From NCBI GenBank assembly GCA_964234715.1, contig OZ174282.1: a stretch of 64,000 nt of DNA; one strand, 5' to 3'. Both the position numbers and the translations under genes were made by a program. Shown piece after piece: positions 55,806-64,000 of this stretch (the first letter of the stretch is position 1; each line of letters starts with the position of its first letter). A model generated the notes under the pieces. That model was not told the origin of the DNA and did not search any database. It worked only from the letters and a program-made list of their open reading frames with translations. The stretch comes from Podarcis melisellensis (taxonomy: Eukaryota).

Positions 55806-58800
55806 ACAAATAAAGCCACTTCCCCTCATGCCATGACACTTAAGGGTGACCAAGAAGCAGAATCCAGGATAGAGCTATGTAGGTAAGAACAGGCTTCAGT
55901 GGCTGGGGTCTAGAAGGGTCTAGAATATGCTTGTTCCCTACAGGGAAGTGTGCAGTGTGCACCCTGGAACCCAAGGCGCAGAGCGTGTATATGCCTTTTC
56001 CCAAAATATGGCCTACCCATCCTTACAAGGCTTTGCTCCTGAAGAAGAAAAGCTAATCCCAGAATTCATGCAAATGCCAAAAAATGCAAATAATCAGGCT
56101 GGCTCCAGACAATGGAGACCATGTGAACCTCCCCTATCGCCAGGCCCTGGGCTCTTTGCTAACGTAAATGGCCATCAGACTTCAATAATCCAATAAATAG
56201 CGCAGGCGGTGGCCATGGAAGCCAGGGAGAGAGCCAGGTCACAGAGAAAAGGCAATTTCATGCCCTGCAATGCAGTACAGGATGTCGCCTCAGCATCTCC
56301 TTGCAAGCTGCTTCCCCTTTGGCAGAGAATGACTGTGCACCGCTGACAGAAAAGCCTCTGCTGGCAGACAGTGACCGAAGCAGTTGCCCTCCCACCCAGT
56401 TAAGGCTGCCACTGCCGGTTCCAGAAGGTGCAGCAGTGCGTCTGGTACTGACAGAAGGAACAGCACACGCTCCACTTTGATCCAGTTCACTTCTCTTTTT
56501 CATTAACTACATCGTCAGTAAGACGACACCAAGAGCACCAGCAAACTTCTGCGACGACAATGAAGCCAATAAGTATGTAAAGCAAAGCACACTCCATGGG
56601 CTGCTTCCGATGATGCATTTCCCTGCTCTCGCTTTTGAACGGCACACAGGGAAGCAACCATAAATCAGTATAAAACACACATGCAAATCTGTAAAAATGC
56701 TGGAATGATCCTGAGAATATTGCTAGATTTAACCCACATCTGGCCTTTCTTCTATCCAAACAGCAAGAGTGGGGTGGGAAGGGCAGTAGGTGGAGAAAAT
56801 TGGAGTGAGGATCAGGCATGTCTCAAACCAACCTCACTGAAAAATATTAGAAATGTAAAAAGGTACTGTTACGTTTATTTTAAAATAAAATAGTACTTTT
56901 ATTTAAAAATAGTACTTTTAAACTGAACTGTGCAAAAAGCATTGGTAAGGCTAGCTGACAGCACTGGATCACAAAATGTGATTCAGAACCTGGGTTAGCC
57001 TCGACCAGCCATCCCCAAACTGATGCCGTCCTAATCTTTGGACTACAACTCCCATCAGCCCTAGCCAGCAGAGTTATGCTGGCCAAGACTGATGGGAACT
57101 CTAGTGCAAAATGTCAGCAGCGTACCTACAAAGGCTGGTATTTGTACCAAGGAAAGCTTGTCCCACAAATCTCCAGATAAAACTGCATTTGAATCAAAGC
57201 CTTGGCATTCTTTACATTTTCTAAAAGTGAAGGTTTTAATAAAAGCCTTAAAAACAATATAATAAACATCCCCGTAACTGGAGCCTCTTTATACATCTCT
57301 GTTCCACAGCACCAAATTATGAGTCAGGAATTAAACTACAGGTGTAGGAACCCTATAGAAACCTAGCTTTCAGCACTACCCTAGCAGGGAAGCTTGAAAG
57401 GGTAAAATGAAAACTCTGATATACTGTACATAGTTCCACACAATATAAATCTAGCTAGTGAGAGAGTCAGATTTGATTTTAAAATGGTATGTTTAAAAAC
57501 AAATAGAAAGCTCAGTTTTCCTAGGTTAAAATGGTTAAGCAGTTTTGCATGTGAAAATTTCAGCTCTCAGTTCATCTTAAAAACAGCTAAAACTAGTCTC
57601 ATTCATAAAAGCTACAATTCTAGCTACACCTTAAAACCTTGGCAAAAAAAAAAGTACAAGCAGACAGTAATGGATGCTAGGAAAGAATTTTAAAAACACA
57701 TTGCTAAATACTGGGGGAAGGGCATCCTGTTTCATTGAAGCAAAATGGGAAAGTGCTGCCTCAGCTGAAGCCTCCCTTATATCCCTTGGATTTTGCAATC
57801 TGTGGGGAGTGAATTCAGGAGGCAGGGTCCAACAATAGAAGGCTATGTCTGATTATGACGAATTTTGAATGAAGACAACAGCAGGGGCAGGGGTGGGGGC
57901 GAGATACTTAAGTGCTCTTGTTTTTCAATGGCTATTTAGCCCTGGACCAGCCAAGAAATAGGGGGCTTTCTTCCCAAATGACAGGATTCAATATTTTCCA
58001 GACCATTGGTGCACAGAAGTTATAGCCTTTACATGGATAGAATTTTACTGCATTCAAGGGACTGCAGTCAGACTCTTAATGTGGTTGCTCAGTATGGAAA
58101 GCAATAGCACAGTCATGAGCGGAATGATGCCAGAATCATCACATCTGGCTTAGGAAAAAGCAACAACTGAGACCCCAAAGAGGTGGGTCTGGCAGAAGGT
58201 AGTAAACTAAGTTATCTGAATCAAATAGTTGTCCAAAAGCCAGGAAGAGCAAAACTCATCAAAATCAAGATTGAAGATCTGTCAATAGTTCCTGCTGCAT
58301 TAAGCCAATATCTGTGCTCTGAAACAACAACCTCCATTAAAATGAAACTATAACATTTGGAAAACAGAACAGAGAAATAGCCAACTTCTAACAGGAAAAT
58401 AACCAGTCTACAGTTTATCACTTGGTGAAACTTAAGAACATAAGGGCCTACAGATTAGGCCAACATCCTGTTCTAACGGTGGTCAGAAATATCAAACAGT
58501 GCCTGAGGGCAACACCGCTCTCCCCTGTTGGGCTATCCAGCAACTGCACATGGCTGGATGGGTCAATTAAATGGAATGCTGGGCCATTCATTTTCCTCTA
58601 GTTGGTCAATGCAACTCTTGCCAATATACAATGTATGTGCATATGTGTGTGTGCACAGCTCATTCCCGTTGATTATGTATCCATTTATAAAGGGCTCTTG
58701 TTCCAGAATAGGAACTTTTTTCAACCTAAGGGCCACATTCCTTTCTGGGGGTCATATGTCAGGGGGGAGTGGGGCCAGAGGCAAAAGTAGGCACAGCAAT

Positions 58801-60334
58801 GAACCTTTGTACAGTACTCTAGTTTCTGCACACACACTAACACCCCACTCTGTATCCTCCACACAAGCAAGCAAGAGGCATTATCCGAGTTCGATGACAC
58901 ATTCCAGTCCGGCAAAAACACTCAAGCTGGTGAGAGGTGTGGCCTGGGCAGAATCCTAAAGGAAGTCTAGAAGATAGCAGCCTGGGGTTCTCCACTGCTG
59001 CTGCAGCACTTTTTCCAGTGACAGATTGAAAGTAGAAGTTTCTGGCTTGACTGCAGTAGAGTAGGAGTTCCCCCAGGGCTGGCTAAGGCAGAGAATGAGG
59101 CCTGTGCTTGCTTCTCCAACACTGCTGTCTGCTTCTCAGCTATGCAGCCTACAACTATACCTGCATTGCAGATGGGCTTCACTTGCTACTCCAGTTGGTC
59201 TCTCTCATACCTCTGATAAGTTGCAACACACTGGACCAAAAGGTTAGTCTCTAATGCTCTAAACCATTTTTTAGACCCTCTTCTATTCCTTCTCCCTGAT
59301 TCTCATGCACTTCAAATCAAGGTTGTTGCCACCAGCTGATCCTTCTTCAGCTTGATTCCTTATCCTGGAAGAGGCTTACAGAGAGCCTCTCTCCTCCACC
59401 ACCCTTTTTTAATAAAGCAGCTGACAATCACTATGTTGGGGAATCATTACTCAAGCAAATACAAAAAGGATTTTTGGTCGCTAGGCAGGGAAACATAGTT
59501 TCTTTCCTTTGCATCCACTAAGAACTAAAGGCAACAAAATTTAGTTCTCTCTCTCACACACACAACTCCACATACATGCCAGATAGTCTCCTGTTACTCT
59601 GCCTGCATAGGTAGAGTAAAAGTGTGAGGTGGAAATTGTGCCTAGGTGTTACCTGTTCAGTGTTCATGCCACAGCCATACCAAAAGGTGTTGCGGACCCA
59701 AGCAAGAGACAAGACAATATATTTGTGTGCCATTCCCCAAGTCCCACTCATTTAAACAATGTTGAGGAGGAGGCATTCCTGGTGGATTGCATATTAAAAG
59801 GTAAGCTCCATCTTGAAGAAAATAAAACTGGAGCACAAAATTAGAGAAGATGCATGACTGAGAAGGAAAAGAGAATGTATAATGAGAGATTCAGGAGAAG
59901 TCCTAAGAAACATTTCACAAAGCCCAGACAATTAGGGATTCATACAGAGACTCCATTCCATTACGATAGCTCTAGCCCTGCAATGCAGGTTCACTTGATA
60001 AAACACATACAACACCAATGGACAATGCACATTTGCAATGTAAAACAATCTTGTGTAGTAAAGAAAATGACATTGTGCTATTTCAATGCACAGCCCACTC
60101 TGCAGACAGGGACAAAACAAGTCACATTGCTTTGTACACAATTTCCAGTTAATAACTCTGTTGCTGAACATCAAGAACTTCCCATATTACGATAGCTGAG
60201 TTCACACCAATCCTATAGTCTGCTTTTAGTAGTGAATTTAAAATTCCTCCTCCTAAGTCCAAGAGAGTTCAGACACATCCAGCTCTAAAAAGAGTGCTAA
60301 AAGCATTCCAATTAATAGTGCAAGATTCAACACA

Positions 60335-60361
60335 ACACACACACACACACACACACACACA
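60335..60361. repeat. (AC)13 microsatellite
   Basis: Read directly from the sequence. Confidence 0.95.
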
Positions 60362-61779
60362 GGCATGCCTCTGGGGTGCTCCAGCACAACACTGCAAAGT
60401 AATTTTTTATGCCCACTAACTAGAGCAAGATCACTTCTGTGTCAAGGACCTTTATGAGATTTGTCGCAAGAAAGGAACAGGACTAATCATTTTGGCAAGG
60501 TACCGTAGTTTCCGTGCTGTTTTCATGCTATGTTAACTAGTTAGTAATGAAGAGTTAATGCAGCTTTACATAATCCTGGTGAAAAGCAGGATGTGCAGTG
60601 TTCAGCCTTTTCTAAAGAAAGTAGCAGACATCTTGAAAAATAAAGGTGCATAGTCTGGGACTATGGTGGGCCCAACCACCTTGTGAATACCAAGGAAGTA
60701 GCTGTGGCCAGAGGACGTTTGCCCAGTTTAGGCTGGTGAACCAACTATTATCATTTCTGTATCCAGCCACAGTAACACGTCTTGGTTACATAAAGACTGT
60801 ACTACTGCAATGTACTACATGAGGCTACCTATGAAGAGAACCTCTGGAAGCTTTAACTGGTCCACAGTGTGGCTTGGGATGCTCATGAATGCGGGAAAAT
60901 ATTGTGGTCACTTAAGGACAACTGCTCTAGTTAGCAATACATTTCCAGGTGCAATTAAAGTTCTGGAGATTACCTTTATAAACCCCAAATGGCTTGGAGT
61001 CCAGGAAACCTAAAGGAATTCCTTCTCCCATACACAAGATGGAGAGGCCCTTCTCTATATCATGACGCAGGGTGATGATATGTTTGTTGGCACATGCAAG
61101 AGGGCCTTTTCTATGGCTGCATCCCAGCTGTGGAGATTTTCCTGTGTGGCATTCAACTGCCCCCTCACCTTTGAGTTTCCACCACTTTCTGCAGACTTGC
61201 TCAGAAGAAAGTCCCAGTATGCTCAATGGGCTTTATTCCTCCATTGTACACAGAGCTTTGACACTACCCAGCAACAACAACCAGAAGCCTGCTAAAGTGA
61301 GGCAAGGATCTAAATTGTATTATCTCAGAGAGCTAAAACAAAGCAGAGTCTTATGGCAGTTTAATGACTAACAAATTTATTATGATAAATAGCAGTGTAA
61401 CAAAATAGCTAAGAGACTTGAGTTGTAAACTCTTCTAGATTCATTGAGCAGCTGTAGGCAACATATTCCCTCTCAGTCTCATATATGTTCATATCCTTGT
61501 TTCTGAGAGTGCAAGTCTAGATGTTCGTTAAAAGAGGTAAGTCTGAAAGTTCATATCCCTGTTTCCTGTCCTTATGGATTCTAGACGGCTAGCTCAATTA
61601 CATGTTTTTGCATATGCTAACCAAAAATATGGGGGGCCCTATGGAGACAAGTTTGCTAGCTCTGCCTGCTGTCATTCTCCCAATTGTGCAGAGTGCAATC
61701 ACAATTGTGGTGGGAAGCAGTGCTAACAGGACTGTCCCTGGAGCTCCTCCCCACCACACTTAATTAACATTAACTTTAT

Positions 61780-62100
61780 TAACACATCTGAAGAAGGCTA
61801 CAGTAGAGTTGGACAGATGCAGAAAAAGAAAAACCTTACCTTTCCTCAAGAAAGAGAACAACTCCTCTATTATTTTGTTTAAGTGTTTGAGCAAAAGAAG
61901 ACAATTCTGGAAGAATATGCTAGAGGTTGATAACGCTATGGGTGATGTGATATGGATGGATAGAAAATAAATATATTGCCTTCTCTTAATATTAGAACTT
62001 GGGGATCACCAACTGATCCACAGTAGATTTAGGAAAGACAAGACAAAGCACACAACTTCTGCTTTAAAGAATTTGTTGTATCTAACTATAGCCATGTGAA
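61780..62100 (+). mobile_element. Highly degraded CR1 3' fragment
   Basis: Decayed similarity to the CR1 fragment at 7790-8440. Edges approximate. Confidence 0.5.
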
Positions 62101-62499
62101 CATACAAAATCTCACTCATACAGACTCAAGACCATTGGGCTTATCTAGCTTCGTGCTGGTAGTGGCTCATCCTGGTCTCAGGCGAGGCCTCGTCCATCAT
62201 CTACTTTATCTGGAAGAACCATTGATTAAACATGGAACCTTTTATGGGCAGAACTGGCTGCTTTAGGAGAGGTTTAGAAAAATCCAAGGCGACGGTTACC
62301 GTTGGCTGCACAGTCCTTTGCATGTCTACTCAGAAGTAAGCTCAATGGGCCGTACTTCCAGTTAAAGGTGTGTAGGTCTGCAGCCCAAGTGGTTTGGGTG
62401 ACAAATCCACAGAGCAGGAGGAGGAGGAAGAGGGTCATCTGCTGCTGTTAGCCAATGATTTCGAAATAGAGCCTCCAGGTGCAGAGGTAGTCTGGCTCC

Positions 62500-63260
62500 G
62501 CACAGTTTCTCCATGGTGTTGGTTGGGGATAAGCATGAAGGGGAAACCCTCGCCCCCCGCTATCTAGTGAGCGAGCGCTGTTTGGAAGCAGGACGCTGGG
62601 TCAAGAGGCCCATTCTGCCTTGGCGTAAATGGTGTTCGGCACCTTAAAGCGGGGCGGGAAGGGTGGAAGGCGGCACATCCGGGTACTAGGGCCTACGGCT
62701 GAGGAAGGAAAGAAGGGGCTGTAAACGCGTGCCGGGCGGAGACATGCATGCGGGAGGCTAAGGTTTAAAGCTCCCCTCAGAAGCGTCTGCTCCCCGCCAT
62801 CCCCCAGCCAAAGGGCTTCTTACCGTTCTCGCTCCGCTTCCTCCGTCCGCCGCGAGCCCGTCACGTCAACGCTGTTCTGCTCCGCGCCGCGCGCTCTGAT
62901 TGGAGGAGAGCCCGGCTTCTCCCAGCAGCCACCGCGGCCCCCTTATTTCTACGCTAAATATAATAAGGCACTAAGAACAGCGGACGATTTTGTTGTTGTT
63001 GTTGTTAAATAAATAGCTCGGGGGCGTAAGACTTGTCCCACTGCTTAGAGTAGGTCCGGAAAGCACCCTCTTTCACGACCGCGGGAGGTGGAGGGAGGGT
63101 CAGCGGCTGTCGAAAATACCCGGATGTGAGCGAAGGCGAGGCAGCCACGCTCCCGCCGGTTGCAATCACTACCAGCCGGGCTTGGTTGCCATAGAGACAG
63201 GAGGCCCCAAGAGCTTCGTATCTCTTACTACAACCCGGAGATTTGGGGAGGAGAGCAGTT
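62500..63260. promoter_or_regulatory. CpG-island promoter of NUP93, possibly bidirectional
   Basis: Dense CpG/GC. Motifs: CCAAT box (minus, 62899-62903), TGACGTGA CRE-like (62861-62868), GC box GGGGCGGG near 62651, ETS-like CCGGAA (63056) and CCGGATGT (63120), and X-box (63185-63198). Confidence 0.85.
62824..62870 (-). other. NUP93: NUP93 non-coding exon 1 (5' UTR); 5' end approximate
   Basis: Donor ACG|gtaaga at 62823, inside the only CpG island in the window and just downstream of CCAAT and CRE-like motifs. Confidence 0.75.
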
Positions 63261-64000
63261 ATTTTCCCTCCCCCACAAAGATACTCCTGCTGCATACATC
63301 AATCAAATACGAGCTTAAAACGGAAATGTTTTCTTTTATAGATTTATGATAAGCTACCTTTCAAACAGGTGATATAAAAGGAGTAGTAACAAATCAAGGA
63401 ATGCCCTTAGCATTAAAATGTACAAAATAAACCAGAATGATAAAGAAAAAGCAGTAAAATATATTGAAATGTTTTTTATCAGAAGGCTCAGCACCCCACC
63501 GGATGGAGCAAGGATTTATTGCATCCAGTCTTGCAGCGGCATCTCAAATATTAAGGCTGCAATTTTAAGCGCATATATTTTTTCAATTTTTATATTAGGC
63601 TGGTCCTAAGAAAGATGCCCAGCTGTGGACTTTGGAGTGTATCCTGTATACAGGCAAAGTAAAGTAATCTTACTGGGGCTTCTGAGTACTGTAGACTCAG
63701 AATATAGGATTGCACTGAAACAAATTCATTATGGTTTCAAGGCCACAGTCCACTTCATCGTGGTAAAACCACCTCCATTTTTTGTTGAATAAATAGCGAT
63801 GCACAAGATACCCTTTGAAGCTTTCTAGTGTGATAGGAATTTTGAGGTCTTAGATATATGTTAAATGTTCATAAGTGTGCCTTTCCAACACTAGCTATGA
63901 AATGCAACAAGTGCTTAGACCAGTCACAAGGTCTTGGGTCATTCTACACATTGTGGTATAGTATCTGGAGGAAACAAAATGATAGCAAAGTTGTGCACTA

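Overview
Vertebrate genomic DNA from a squamate reptile. Sauria-SINE and Squam3-like SINEs are present, and a lacertid lizard is my guess. Almost the whole window is one gene on the minus strand, nucleoporin NUP93 (Nic96 family). I traced a CpG-island promoter and a non-coding exon 1 (donor at 62824), then 19 coding exons (exons 2-20, 53360 down to 1324). All have GT-AG boundaries and splice into a continuous 2220-nt / 740-codon frame; the C-terminal exons lie beyond the left edge. Intron 3 is very large (23513-51920, 28.4 kb). The introns carry SINEs, CR1 and L2 LINE remnants, mariner-type and hAT-type MITEs, and microsatellites. Other ORF-track entries look like noise or LINE debris. The most notable unexplained signals are: (1) a 45-bp near-perfect hairpin in intron 7; (2) a CpG-retaining, TE-poor segment in intron 3 with a candidate internal first exon in frame with exon 4; (3) a multi-stem fold just after exon 20; (4) an RFX X-box in a second promoter module; (5) a MITE family spreading ZNF143/THAP11-type motifs. 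I found no evidence of a new protein-coding system. All novelty claims are inferences that need testing.
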